This document shows, piece by piece, positions 49,201-62,483 of a DNA stretch of 64,000 nucleotides. Position 1 is the first letter of the stretch, and every line of letters begins with the position of its first letter. The position numbers were made by a program, and so were the translations under genes. The DNA comes from Eledone cirrhosa (lineage: Eukaryota), in NCBI GenBank assembly GCA_964016885.1, contig OZ024743.1, positions 369,830,001 to 369,894,000 of the forward strand. Reading direction: 5' to 3'. Below the pieces are notes generated by a model, which saw nothing but the letters and a program-made list of their open reading frames with translations, did not search any database and had not been told where the DNA came from.

Positions 49201-51003
49201 GTGCATTTTTGCCTTTTATAGTTCCCCTTATTCCTTGCTACAAGACAAAGAATTTTCTGTATCTGAGTCATTGACTTAGATGAGTGTTGTGGTGTGAGTG
49301 AGGGTGTGTGTGTGTTTTGAAGAAGAGGAGAGGGAAAGCTATGTTGGGAGTTGCTGTTGGTGCTGGTGATGGTTCTTTTGTTGCTTTTGGTGTTGTTGTT
49401 GGGTTTTTTGGTGTTGGTCTTGCTGGTAATGGTGCTGCTGTTGATGTAGCTGCTGCTACTTCAGTTGCTGTTTGCTGTCAGTGCAGTTATCTTAGCTGTT
49501 GTTGAACTGCTGGTGTTGGCAGCAATGTGGCTTAAGTGTTCCCTGTCTTCCATTGAAGACAAAATGTGGCCACTTTCTCGACTTAGATGGTAACATGGCT
49601 TTTTTCCCTTAATGATAACATGCAGGTCTATTCCTGCTGGAAGGTGAGTTAAGTCTGGATCTTGTTTATCTTTCCAGTTTTATATGGAGGAGCACCTTCA
49701 AGCTGATCCCAGACCAGTGTTCTCTGTGTGTTTCGTTTACTTCCAGGCGAGTATCACTCCCTTTCAGAACCCACCAGATATTCACCTCAGGTAGGATCCT
49801 AGAAATCCTTACCTTACTGCGCTTCTCCCAAAACATGAAGGGAAAAAGAACATAGTTGTCACTTCTACATGGAACTCCTGAATGTTTTATGGCCAGAGCC
49901 GCATACTATCTGGCTCTAGAAATGTGGTCTATGCTGGACATTATGTCTTTCAGTATCCTTTTCCCTTAAGTCTGTGTGGCTGGCTAAGGCCATTTCGTCT
50001 TTGTGGAAATTGATTTATATATAAGGGTTTTCTTTTCCATTACTACCAATGGAGATGTCTCCATTGGCCCATATATTTTGGATTTTGATTAGTTTGGTTG
50101 TTTGGGCCAAATAAGTGTCTTCCTCTGCAAGATCGATACCAAACCGTTATGTTCCTTTTACAGTACCATCCTCCGGGGAAATGCCTTCTCCATTCTGTCC
50201 ACCGGGGCTGTGGGGAGGCCAGCATGTGGGGCTCTATTTGTTCACCATACAGAGAGATGGGGGAGGGCAAGAGAGATGGAGGTGATGACAGTGGGAGTTC
50301 GGCTCTTCCACGTTCGGATCATATCCTTGTGGTTATATATATATATACACCTATACACTGTACTGGTGTATATATATACACACCTATACACTGTACTGGT
50401 GTATAGATTAGACCATGACTACAACTAGAACAAATGTATTGTTTTTGTTGTTATTATTCGCGTTCATGATGTCATTGTTGTTGCAATTTGTGTTGTCGTA
50501 CTTGTCTGTGTTGCTGCTAATTTTGTTGTTTGTATCTGTTAAATTTTTGTTGCTGTTGTTGTTGTTTTGTGTTCATCTTATTAATTCATAGTTTTTGAGG
50601 TGATGTTGATGGAGTTGGGAATTCTGTCATATATTTTACACGTGATAAGTTGATATTGTGGTGGTGTTAGTGGTATTTGTTTTGGTTGTGCTTACTGTCT
50701 CGTAGTAGTGGTGGTGCTGTCGTTCACCGTGGTAGACATTGCTGTGAGAGATATTAGGTTTTGGGTGGTGATGTTGTTGTTGTTATTGTTATTGTTGCTA
50801 CTGGAGCTGTTATTGTTGCTGTCATTGTTTTGTGAATTTTAGCTGTTCAATTTTATGCGTAGCAGACGCAAAATTTGTGTCCACCATTTTAATTCTAACA
50901 AAAAATTCTAACAAAAGTTCAATGTATAATTTTGTATAACCATGGAAATTATAGCAAACTTACAGGTGTGATTGTGAACCACGTCTCAAAAGACTCAACA
51001 ACT
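46240..51003 (-). mobile_element. Old, degenerate Tx1 copy 4 (ORF1 + ORF2, internal deletions)
   Basis: Translated fragments match ORF2 of copies 2 and 3 (QKWAERKLSLK, GEQVWSPF, KEVVWW); ACC/AAC-rich ORF1; 5' end preceded by ATTATTATTA on the minus strand. Confidence 0.85.
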
Positions 51004-51016
51004 AAGATAATAATAA

Positions 51017-51184
51017 TTGTTTCTACTTTTGGCACAACAGCAATTATCCCAGTTCATTAATGGCACTTTACTTTATTGACCCCATAAGGATTAAAGGCAA
51101 AGTTAATCTTGACCGTAAAGGGTCATAACTCTATGCTGCAAAGCATGGCGCCGACCCTCTACTGATACTGCCAATCCACTGCCA
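51017..51184 (-). mobile_element. SINE S1 with internal deletion
   Basis: TSD AAGATAATAATAA at 51004-51016 and 51185-51197. Confidence 0.85.
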
Positions 51185-51982
51185 AAGATAATAATAACAA
51201 TAATGTGCTGGCCCGGTGGGATGATCACAGCTGGAATACATTTTTGTTTTAAGTCTTTTCAATGAGAACCGGTGTGAAACAGCAACAAAACTATCCCATA
51301 AGCTACAATAATGGGGAAATCTCTAGGTGGTCACTGGATGTGGTAGAAATAGTAGTCAAATCTCCCTTCCATCACAATCTTCTGTCTTATTAACCAAAAA
51401 ACACATTGCATAATTTAATCCTTAATATACAAAACGATAGAATGTTATAGCTGAAATGCTGCTGATCATAGGTCTATTAGATTGGGACTGTACTGGGCTA
51501 AACAACAATATCAACAACAACAGCAACAACAATGAGCGGGCCTCTATGCACTCAATTTATATGTTAAAAATAGCAATTAAACTGCCCCAAGTCCCACCCT
51601 ACTACCTTAAAAAAAGAAGGAAATATTGACATCATCCTCATCACCATTTAACATATGCTTTCCCTGCTAACAAGGGTTGGATAGATCATCATTGATCAAG
51701 TCAGTACTCAATTGGTGCTATCGATCTCACACTCTACAGAGTGTACTGTGTGTTTCCTCATGTCACTAACACTAGAGACATTGTAGCCCTTGACACAATT
51801 AAAGAGTCCCCTCTACTCTTTTTTGGCATGGTTTCTACTATTACCAACCACTTTACAGAGACCAGGGGAAAAAAGAGACAGGATAGCTACAGTTGGAACT
51901 AATTCTAAACAATAATAAAAACAACGCTTAAATGTTCCCTATCTATTTACTTACTTATTTGTGTTACATTCTTGGCAATAAT

Positions 51983-52171
51983 TGTTTCTACTATTGGCAC
52001 AAGGCCAGCAATTACCCAGTACATTACTGGTACTTTATTTTATCAACCCCGTAAGGATGAAAGGCAAAGTTAACCTCGGCGGGATTTGAACTCAGAATGG
52101 CAAGGGCCGTAACTCTATGGGTCAAAGCATGGCGTCCGACCCTCTACCGATACTGCCAATTCACCGCCCTC
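51983..52171 (-). mobile_element. SINE S1, full-length
   Basis: 17-bp TSD ACATTCTTGGCAATAAT at 51966-51982 and 52172-52188. Confidence 0.93.
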
Positions 52172-52699
52172 ACATTCTTGGCAATAATATTTGCTAATTC
52201 TCCTTAAAGTTTTCTTTAATTCTTAACATCAGCAGAAAATATCTAAAAACAAATTTGTTAATTAAAATGTTTATAGTAACTTTACTAGTGGACAGATCCT
52301 TGTGGACATTTTTAGTATTAACTTTTTATATCTTGTAATGATTTAGCAGAAAATATCTAAAATCATGTCTGTTAATTCAAATGTTTGTAGTATCTTTAGT
52401 AGCAAACAGATCATTGTGAAAATTGATGTGGATATAGAGCTGTTTTGTACTTTTCGATGCAGTTTCATGAAGTACAGGACATTAAGAGTTAACTATCGTT
52501 AAGTATTGCTGTGTTATATAAAAAAGATATTTCAAATGATATATTGATACATGCAGTATCAAATGATATATTGATAAATGATGTATTGATACATGTAAAT
52601 GTTTATCCTTGAAAAATCATTAATGTTTTCATTTTGGAATTAATTAATATAGTTTTATTCTATTTTCTTAGTTTTCTTAGTTTTAATTTTTTGTGCCTA

Positions 52700-52920
52700 A
52701 CAGCACAAAAGCCAAGAACTTTTAAAAGGGTGGATGAACTCCTCAGAGTCAATGGCAATTCACCCCAACTATGGGTTAAATAACCTCACCAACCTACAAT
52801 TGGCCAAGCATGATGAGTATGGCTACACCCCTGAAGTGACCAAAACTGAACAGAAAGAGGTGGAGGTCAACCAAGGGAGGGGCTTCTCCAGCAGGAGTGA
52901 GAAGGCCCAAGGTTGGATTG
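52700..52920 (+). mobile_element. Fragment homologous to 57555-57790 (5' region of RTE-like element)
   Basis: Shared peptide MNSS(E/D)SMA.HPNYGLN.LT..QLAKHDEYGY.PE. Confidence 0.65.
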
Positions 52921-53509
52921 GAAGTTTCTGTAATATCAGTAAAAGTATAATTTGTTTTTTTAAATGGTAAAACTTAATCGAGCTGAATGAATCAACTGTT
53001 AGGGAGGATATTTTAGGTTTTCTTAAAGGAAATCAAACAGAGTCCACTTTGGTGACATAACATAACTTTCTGAAAGTGTACAGGAAAAATGGGGAGTAAA
53101 TCATTATTTATGAAAAATTCTGTTTTATTAGTTGAATTCAGTTATTTTGTGGTTCACCAGATGCAAAGAGCTAAGTAGGACATCCAAACATAATTATCAG
53201 GACTCTGTTGGTGAGGGACACTGGCGTCACTGGACGGAATCTTCTTGTGGTGAGAGACCAGGAAGTCTGGAACAAGAACTTTGTGCATGCTTCACTTTCG
53301 ATGGAGGGATGACTCAAGAAGAAGATGAATATACTACTATCTACTGGCTTTGATAAAAATTGATTCTCATCATTTAAATAACATACAAAAGTATTATAGC
53401 TTAAGCCATTTGATACCAAACTGCCTAAATCAACCCCTGTTCAACAATTTAAAACTATTTTCATCACCATCACCCCCTCCTCCTCCTCCTTCTTCTTCTT
53501 TGTAATATG

Positions 53510-53810
53510 TCAGCTTTAGGACTCAGTCATCAGAAAAAGGAAAGTAGATGTAAAAGACAAACTTGCTATCTTCAATTCAGTATTCTTGCTTATTCTTACC
53601 TATGGTCATGAATTGTGGTTAATAACTGAAAGAGTATGATTGTAAATTCAAGTAGTCGAAATGGTGTTCCTCTGGAGGGACTTTGGAGCAATGTTAGTCG
53701 ATATAGTGCATAGCTTGGAGATCAGGGACTCACTCCTAGTAGAGCTGCTACTTCTCCAAATTGGGAGATCAGAGCTCTGATACGACAAATATGCGATTAG
53801 AATTGCTGGA
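53510..53810 (+). mobile_element. RTE LINE C-terminal fragment
   Basis: KLAIFNSVFLLILTYGHELW..EMVFLWR resembles the RTE post-RT region. Confidence 0.6.
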
Positions 53811-53949
53811 CAGATTTTATATTTATCTGAAAACTGTTAATCATAATTTTATTTAAAAGACTTACTTAAGTTATGTTCCAAACACTAGATAAATTATAAT
53901 CCCTTCAAATTCTTGATTATTTTCAAAATTATTTGTGATTCCTAAGCAG

Positions 53950-54120
53950 TACCTTTCATTAGAAATATGGTAATGAAAGGGCAATATCTTTTACTAGAAA
54001 TATTGTAACGAAAGGGGTTAAGATATAGGCAGTGTCTTTCATTAGAAATATGGTAATGAATAGGTTAAAGATATAGGCAATGTCTTTCATTAGAAATATA
54101 GTCATGAAAGGGTTAACTTT
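53950..54120. repeat. Imperfect tandem repeat (about 35-49 bp units)
   Basis: CTTTCATTAGAAATATGGTAATGAA core occurs four times. Confidence 0.8.
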
Positions 54121-55648
54121 CTTCAATGAACTTGTCTTTGTTTGATAGCTAAGGTAAACTGAAAGCTGATTGAGTTTTAATTGCCCTGCTACATGATATA
54201 AGGAAATGATTGAAGCTGAATACACTCCAGCAACCTTATATATGAAGATATATGAAGAACTCGTGATACAAAAGCCATTTTCTGGTATTTATTCTAGTTA
54301 ACATCGCATGATCTTTCATTAAAGATCACGACCCCAACTGTAACTACAAAATGTATAATAATTATATTAAAATAGTTTGAAATAAATCTGATCTCTACTG
54401 GAAAATAGCACGACAGTAAAACCTGGTGGCATTTATTATTTGTTAACCTGATCATCATCATCATCATTATCATTTACCATCTGTTTTCCCAGCTAGCAAG
54501 GGTTGGATGGGTTATCACAGACCTGATCAGCTATTATGCAGGCTGGAGGCCTGCATAATTCTTATAAATGTTCCTACACTCTACTGAGTGCTCAGACTGA
54601 GAGTTCAAATCCTGCTAAAGTCAACTTTGCCTTTTTTCCTTTCGAAGTCAATAAAAAAGTACTGGAGTTGATTCTTTCTCTATACCTCTTTCTCACTTCC
54701 TCTCTCTCCTTTTATGAAGAAATTGATTATTTTCAGACATGGAGATGGATGGCCCCCACAAGGTTTAAAATGTCTAAGAGGTATCATGTGCCATTATGGC
54801 ATTTTTATGACTCCATCATGTGGTATAGGTTAACAGATACATTCACATACTTCTAACTCATCCCTCTTCTAAAGTACAAAACCTTCAGCTAAGTCAAATA
54901 AAAATCAATAAAAATCAGTAAATGTCTGGCTGAAGCTATTTGATGTCAATTACTCAGAAATATCCCTGAAAAGGGCATAAACACCACAGTTTTATACCAC
55001 CTATCTTAAAAGTACATTTAGTCAAATTAATCCAATAAATTTAATACTTTTCTTCTTTTTTGTAAATCAGTTTTAAATTCTAGTTAATCTATTATGTTTT
55101 TCTATGTCTAACTGTTCCATGTTGATGACACAGGACCAATCTGAGTGGAAATATGTCATAATACAAAAGACCCATCTACCAGCACAAGCTCTGTAGTACT
55201 ACAGTAAATTGGGTGAGATACTGCAGCCTACAGAGAAAATATAGGGTTTGAGAGGACTTTTCCGTTTGACCTAGCATGTGACAACCTCTTTAGTGCTAGT
55301 TTCACGGAAAAAAAAAACACGGCAAGTTCACATTGTAAAGTGTTAGTGTTGGTGCCATGGTAAAATGTACTGAGTACCCTCTATAAAAAAATAGTGCTGG
55401 TGTCAAAAAATTGCACCCAGTACACCCTTTGAGGTGTTTGACATTAGGAAGGGTATCTAACCATAGAAACTATGTCACCTGTGAGATGGGTTTCTCTGAC
55501 TCTTCTGGTCTCAGACCATGTTAATATGTCCAACCCATGCCAATGTGGAAAGCAGACATAAAATGATGACATTGTTGATGATGGTGAAGGCAGACAATCA
55601 ACAACAAATACGTTTCTTTCACATTATATTATTGTTGTTTTTTTCTAG

Positions 55649-55788
55649 AATGTATGCAACACTGAAAGGTTTAGTATCTATTTATATACTACCAGAAATG
55701 GAAGAAAATATATGTCAGTACCTTGACCAAATTTGTTCAAAATCTAAACCAGAAAGAAGCCTTTTTGGACAACATATCTTTTCTCAGC
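55649..55788 (+). CDS. Host exon: continuation of cNMP-binding domain
   Basis: T-rich tract + CTAG acceptor, GTGAGT donor, 140 nt. Joins 35298 in phase (GC+A = Ala) to give QGDKGDA-MYATLKGLVSIY..ERSLFGQHIFSQ. Confidence 0.8.
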
Positions 55789-56447
55789 GTGAGTTTTATT
55801 ATTTTTTGTTTACTTTTAGATATTGAAGGCTATGAATCCATGTTAATATTGATAAAAGAATTATGGATATTTTCAGCATTTTTATTCTTTAATCTAGAGT
55901 TGGGAGGGCAACACCTATAAAGTTCTAAAGGCATCATATGAATAAATGAACAGAGTAGTAGAATTAGTGTTTAGTTATATTTCTTCAGGGTTATATATCT
56001 TCAGGGTTACATATCTTCAGGGTTGTAACCAACACTAAGTTGTTGAAGAAAATATAGACTGTTGTTTCAAGCAACATCAGAGAGAGAATTTATTCAAATG
56101 TTTATGGCAGCATAGGTTTGAAAAATGTGTAGAGGAGGAAATAGTTTAGAGGAAACAGTAAGGGAGTGTGGTTGTGTATGTGGGTGTAAACCCATAACTC
56201 CTGAAGGAGTCATAGGGGCATCATAGTAACATAGGGAATTTCTTGGGCATTTTCAAACCTAGTGGAGTCTATCTCCTCTCCAAGTCTGAACATAGCTGAT
56301 TTCTTCCAAAGAAGGATAGAAAGGGAGAAAGAGATATAGTGGAAGAATTGACCACAGTACCAGACTAGTACTTTTTAATTGTTTTAATTTTTGTTTTATT
56401 TCCCTTTGTTTATATTTTATTCACAGTTGTATAAACATAAATATAAT

Positions 56448-56631
56448 TGTTTCTACTTTTTGGCACAAGGCCAGCAATTATCCAGTACATTACTGGTGCT
56501 TTATTTTATTGACCCCGTAAGGATGAAAGGCAAAGTTAACCTCAGCGGGAATTGAACTCAGATTGTAAAGGGACGTAACTATGCTGGAAAGCATAATCCA
56601 ACCCTCTACCGATACTGCCAATTCACTGCCC
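56448..56631 (-). mobile_element. SINE S1
   Basis: 20-bp TSD TGTATAAA(C/A)ATAAATATAAT. Confidence 0.9.
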
Positions 56632-57169
56632 TGTATAAAAATAAATATAATGATACAATAACATTACAAATCGTTTGCAATTCTTTCAGAATGAAAATAT
56701 AAACAGAGCATATAAATAAATTTACAGTAGAATAACATTGACCTTAAAAGAATGAAAGCAAACATTTAGCTGGACAATGAGGGTAACCAGGTGCAAATAG
56801 TGTTAATAAGAGGTGAGTTATGAGTGGTAAAACAGGGTGTAGACAAATTGATAGCAATGAATTAAACATGAGAATATGCATTTAAAATGTGGAAGGAAAG
56901 TGAGTTAAGATCAGGAAAGGGGAAGATGAATTAGAAAAAAGAAACATGTTTGTTTAAATATAAAGATAACACTGAAACAGTTTACTGAAATAATTTACTG
57001 AAGGAATTTACTGAAGCAATTTACTGAAGAAATTTATCTTTACAAGAGTATGTCAATGAGGGAAGTTATGATGGGGAGCTGTGAGAATAGAAATACTAGC
57101 TAACATATTAAAGAATGTGGAAACAGTAATGCTATAAATGGTACCAAAGATGAACTTCTTTATAAAAAA

Positions 57170-57357
57170 ATAATTGTTTCTATTTTTGGCACAAGGCCAG
57201 CAATTACCCAGTGCATTACTGGTACTTTATTTTATCGACCCCGTAAGGATGAAAGGCAAAGTTAACCTCGGCAGGATTTGAACTCAAACCATGAAGGGCC
57301 GTAACTCTATGCGTCAAAGCATGGCGTCCGACCCTCTACCGATACTGCCAATCCACC
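57170..57357 (-). mobile_element. SINE S1
   Basis: Near-identical to other copies; no clear TSD. Confidence 0.9.
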
Positions 57358-57554
57358 AATGATGCCCTCCAAGCCAGCAGTAGCAGTGAGGTGTTGGAGT
57401 GGGACTGTAGCCCTCCCTCCCCACCAATAATTAGCTACAGTAGCAGTAACATGTAGGGTTGGGAGTGGGATGTTTCTAGATGACAGAAGTGATTGATATC
57501 TTAATAGATATCATTTTTTAATAGACAGTAAAATAAACACAATCTAATCTTCAT

Positions 57555-57910
57555 AACCGATCCAGAGCTTTCTCACTCCCGATGGAGGAATCCTTCCCCA
57601 GTTAACCTTCACTACTTTCTGTTTGTTTTTTTATCATATCTTCAGGGTTGTAGCCATATTCATCATGCTTGGCTAATTGTGGGCTGGTAAGGCTATTTAA
57701 ACCATAGTTGGGGTGGTTGGCCATTGAATCTGAGGAGTTCATCTGCCCTTTTAACAGCTCTTGTTTTTTGTGTTGCTGGTGTTCCACTTACTCTCCTCAC
57801 TAGACCAGGGTCTGCTGGGGGAACCTGGTTAGTCACCAACCACTTAACCATGAAACAGGTTGTACTGTGTTACATCGTACCAGTAGCAGGCAGAAGTTTG
57901 ACCTGACTTA
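57555..57910 (-). mobile_element. 5' end of RTE-like element (structured leader + short ORF)
   Basis: Leader homologous to 19184-19310, downstream part homologous to 52700-52920; abuts (CT)n(CA)n. Confidence 0.55.
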
Positions 57911-57913
57911 AAA

Positions 57914-57953
<40 letters not shown>

Positions 57954-59707
57954 ACATAATCTCTCTGAATATCAGGTGCATATCAGTAGTGAGTACTCTA
58001 CTATTCTTTACAATTTATAGCTGTGATCAATGACATGCAAAACTATTCAGTATATGACAATACATCTGAAACACCTGTACAGAAAGCTGGAATGTAGACC
58101 AGCTCTGTTGATACTTTATAGCACAGAATACTAAATATTGTGACTTAAATTGGATATCTTTACAAAATAAATCCCTGAAAATATATGTTCATAAAGGAAC
58201 AAAACTTTTTTCTCCAAAACATACCCTACTAATTGCAGGCTACTTCTTATGAGCTAGGAAATATAAGAAATCTTTTCTGAAGAAAAGAAACTTGGTGTAT
58301 TTCTCAACCAAGAATAATGGTTTCTGAATTAGGCACAAAGTCAGCAATTCTTTTTTGCAGGAGGGGGTGGGGGGGGGGGGGGGGGGTGAAAGTTGATTCA
58401 ATCGATCCCATTGTGTTACTGGTACTTTATTTTATCGACCTTGGTGGGATTTTAACTCAGAATGTAAAGGACTGCAACAAATACAGCTACACATTTATTT
58501 TAAGGTTATCTTCCCTGCTAAAGCAGAGATTAACCGTGTGGTCTTAATGTCAAATTTCTCCATTTTGCTTAATAATTTGTACCCCCTAACCAAGTCCATG
58601 TCCTTTAGCCATGTCTTTCTTGGTCTCCCCCTTCCTCTACTTCCTTCCACTTTTATTTACATCATTACTCTCACCCAGTCACTTTCAACTTCCCTCAACA
58701 TGTGATCCAACCATCACATTCCATTTCTCTTCACAACATTTATCACTGGTTCATTTCCCATCATCCTCTGCAATTTATTGTTTGTCTTCCTCTCTCTCTC
58801 AGTGATACTTCACTCATCCACTAGACCATCTATGTGTATCCAGTTTAGAATAGGTACACTGCATCTCTGTATGCCATAAGTGGTGATATGCCATAGTTAG
58901 CACCAGGAAGGCCATCCAGTCATAAAACAACTTCTCAAAAAAGATTTCATGATAAAGAGAGTAAAGAGCAATAAAATGTTAATCATGACATATTTCCATA
59001 AACTTTTGCTAAGATAGGTGAAACTCTACCGATTCTGTCAGTTTCTTGATTCAAGTTGATGCACGTATATTAAATCATGTTTACAATTAGTTTTTGTTGT
59101 CTGAACATTGGATCTAATTTCAGATTAATTAAAGTATCAGTTTTAGGCAACTGACCAATTGGTTATTTTCTATTTTTGTATTTTTGTTTGTTTTAAATCT
59201 TAAATTCTACTCTTGTTGTCAGTTCATCTATCTTCTCTCTTCCTTCCATTTTATGTATTGCATACTTTCCAAGCTGAATCTAGTTTACTAGCAGTTATTA
59301 CTTTCTTTATGTCTTTTTCATGTGCCCTAGTGGCAAGTATAAAATATCAATTTCCCATTAACTCAATTTAAACAGCAGTTTACAACTTTATGTTTGAATA
59401 ACCATGTTTGTTATGTTTTATGTTCATAAAACAGTAGGCATCAAACATTTGTTTAGTTATAATCTAAGCAATAAATAATTTAAATGAGAATTAGTATAGT
59501 TTTATTTAAGAACAAAAAAAAGCAAAATATCCCCTTACACACACCATGATTTTAACCAGAGAACTTTTTGATAATTAAATTGAGGTATATTTGAACATGT
59601 AACAGAATATCTCAATACTTACATAATAATATAGTTATTGTAGCTATTCAAAACGCTCACTGTTATATTCATTATTATTTTGTAAGAATAATGTAGATAT
59701 ACATTAT

Positions 59708-60049
59708 GGAGGCACATGGCTTAGTGGTTAGAGCATTGGCCTTGCAATCGAAAGGTTGTGAGTTCAATTCTCAGACCGGGTGATGTGTTGTTTCCTTGAG
59801 CAAGACACTTTATTTCACATTGCTCCAGTTTACTCAGCTGTAGAAATGAGATGATAGGGACTGGGGTCCCTATCATTCCACTGCAAAGTGGTCATGGTGG
59901 TGCCATGGCAAAAAAGCACCCAGCACTCACTGTAAATGAGGTTGGTGTTAGGAAGGGCATCCAGCTGTAGAAATCAAGCCAGAAGCAGTTCCCGTCCCAC
60001 CCTTGCAAGCAGGGAAAAGTGGACATAAAATGATGATGATGATGATGAT
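59708..60049 (+). mobile_element. tRNA-headed SINE (family S2) ending in RTE 3'UTR and (GAT)n
   Basis: A box TGGCTTAGTGG, B box GAGTTCAATTC, core TCCTTGAGCAAGACACTT; 59877-59996 matches RTE 3'UTR 32770-32936. Confidence 0.8.
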
Positions 60050-60087
60050 AGATGGCTTTAGTTGTGTATTTACCACTTTATTTCTGA

Positions 60088-61700
60088 CTCATCATCACCG
60101 TTTTAAGTCCATTCTTCCACGCTAGCATGGGTTAGACGGGTTGTCCTGTTGTGGGCAGTGTCCAGTGCACTGACCTTCTCTTGCTCATACAGGAATAGAT
60201 TCTGGCTTGATTTCTATAGCTGGATGCCGTTCCTAACACCAACCTCATTTATAGTGAGTGCTGGGTTCTTTTTTCCCATGGCGCCTACACGTCCACTTTA
60301 CAGTGTGGGCTGGGTGCTTTTTTGCTATTGCACCTCCACAACCATTTTTCAGTGGGAGGGGGTTAGGGCATATTGTCTATATGCTTCAGCTTCGGCTTGT
60401 ACCCGTGGGGAGTCGGGTCTTCTATATTACTGCGTAACGCCATAGGTCACGGTCGTGTGTCATTGCCTTTGAGAGGTGCAATTGGGTAAGGTCGGCTTTT
60501 ATCACCTCATCCCAGGTCTTCTTGGGTCTCCCCACTTCACGGCTTCCATCGACTTCTAGTGCTCTGCACCTTTTTATGCAGCTGTCATCCTTCATACACA
60601 TCACATGTCCATACCAACGTAACCTTCTCTCCTGCACACAGCATTTGATTCCTCTTATGCTCAGTCTCTCTCTCAATTCGTTTATGCTTTGCCGTTTGTG
60701 TATATTACTATTACACATCGATCGGAGCATGCAGGCTTCGTTTCTTTCTAATCTATGCAAGTCTTCTACACACAATGCCCAGGTTTCACTACCATGTAAC
60801 ATTGCTGTTTGTATACATGCATCATACAGTCTGCCTTTCATTTTGAGGGAAAAGCCTTTTGCAGCTAGCAGTGGTAGTAGCTCCCTGAACTTCTTTCATC
60901 CCGTTGTTACCCTAGTTATTGTACTTTCTGAACACCCACCTCTGCTGCTAATTTGGTCACCTAGGTAGCAGAAGTTCTCTACTGTTTCTACAGAGCCCTC
61001 CCAGAGTTTGGTGGTGCTTGTTTCCTGTGGCTGTTTGCTGCTTGCTGTCCCGGCGCAGCTGCTACATGTGAAGCCTACATTCTTAACTAAACTTCCTGAG
61101 ATCCCACTACATCACAGGAGATCTGGGTTCTGTTTTCTCGTGTACTTACAAGGACCTTAGTCTTTATCAGGTTGACTTTGAGACCCTTTCTTTCTAGTCC
61201 CTGATTCCAAGTTTGGAATTTCTTCTCTAGTTCTACCATAGATTCAGCTATAAGTGTGAGGTCATCTGCATACAGGAGTTCCCATGGGCTTCCGACCTTA
61301 AACTCCTCCGTTATTGCCTGCAAAACTATGATGAATAGGAGAAGGCTAAGAACAGAGCCCTGGTGGACACCGACCTGTATGCTAAATTCCTCGCTATAGT
61401 CATTGCTAATCCTAACTTTGCTGACTGCTCCCCTATATATGGCTTGTACAGCTTTCACAAGCCATTCATCTACTCCTAGTTTTCTAAGAGCCCACCAGAT
61501 TATAGCACGGGGGACTCTGTCAAAAGCTTTCTCCAGATTGATGAATGCCAGGTAGAGCGGCTTACTTTTAGCTAGGTACTTTTCCTGTAACTGCCTCAGA
61601 AGGAAGAGGGCATCAGTGGTGCCTTTTCCTGGCACAAACCCAAATTGCATCTCATCTAGTTTCACCCGGTCCCTAATCAACTGTGCTATAACTCTTTCCG
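60088..61700 (-). mobile_element. RTE LINE, 5'-truncated copy of the family at 29590-33051
   Basis: QFGFVPGKGTTDA, NLEKAFD, LLYADDL, RRLRWYGHV; same 3'UTR; PHD-like cluster largely deleted. Confidence 0.92.
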
Positions 61701-62148
61701 ACTTATGTATCTTATTCGAAGATACATATCAAATGACTATGACACTTAATAATATATATTATTACTATAAAATAATAAATGAAATAAATGTGTATGTGTT
61801 TTGTATATACAATGATTGTACCACAATGCAATTATTTTAATTACAACATACAATCACAGATCATGTTACTTGCAAAACATACAGCTTAAGAATAAGATGT
61901 TATACTTTGCTAAAAATATATTAAGTTATTTTATTTTACAAAGCTGTTTATGCAAAAACAAAACACTATTAAAGGGAACAAAAGAAAGGGAATAAAATAT
62001 TCAAGCAGCGAAGAAAGGGTGTGGGGGAGGGACAGATTCTACACCCCAGTCAGAGTGGTGCTTCAGCCATGCTCCACAGACAAAATGGCATAGGAATTAT
62101 ATATTTATAATGTTATACTTATAATTGAAAGGCATTATATATTTATAA

Positions 62149-62241
62149 GGTTAACTTTGCCTTTCATCCTTACGGGGTCGATAAAATAAAGTACCAGTAA
62201 TATACTGGGTAATTGCTGGCCTTGTGCCTAAAGTAGAAACA
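62149..62241 (+). mobile_element. SINE S1, 5'-truncated
   Basis: Flanked by ATTATATATTTATAA on both sides. Confidence 0.88.
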
Positions 62242-62294
62242 ATTATATATTTATAATCTTATACTTATAATTGAAAGGCATTATATATTTATAA

Positions 62295-62483
62295 GGGCGG
62301 TGGATTGGCAGTATCGGTACAGGGTCGCGCGCCATGCTTTGATGCATTGAGTTACGGCCCTTGCCATTCTGAGTTCAAATCCCGCCGAGGTTAACTTTGC
62401 CTTTCATCCTTACGGGGTCGATAAAATAAAGTACCAGTAATACACTGGTGTAATAGCTGGCCTTGTGCCAAAAAGGAGAAACA
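62295..62483 (+). mobile_element. SINE S1, full-length reference copy
   Basis: GGGCGGTGGATTGGCAGTATCGG (A box), GAGTTCAAATCC (B box), 15-bp TSD ATTATATATTTATAA. Confidence 0.93.

Noticed and set aside
59708-59780. tRNA gene
   Set aside because: A and B boxes are present but there is no acceptor-stem pairing, and it runs into a SINE core and LINE tail. The same applies to the S1 heads.
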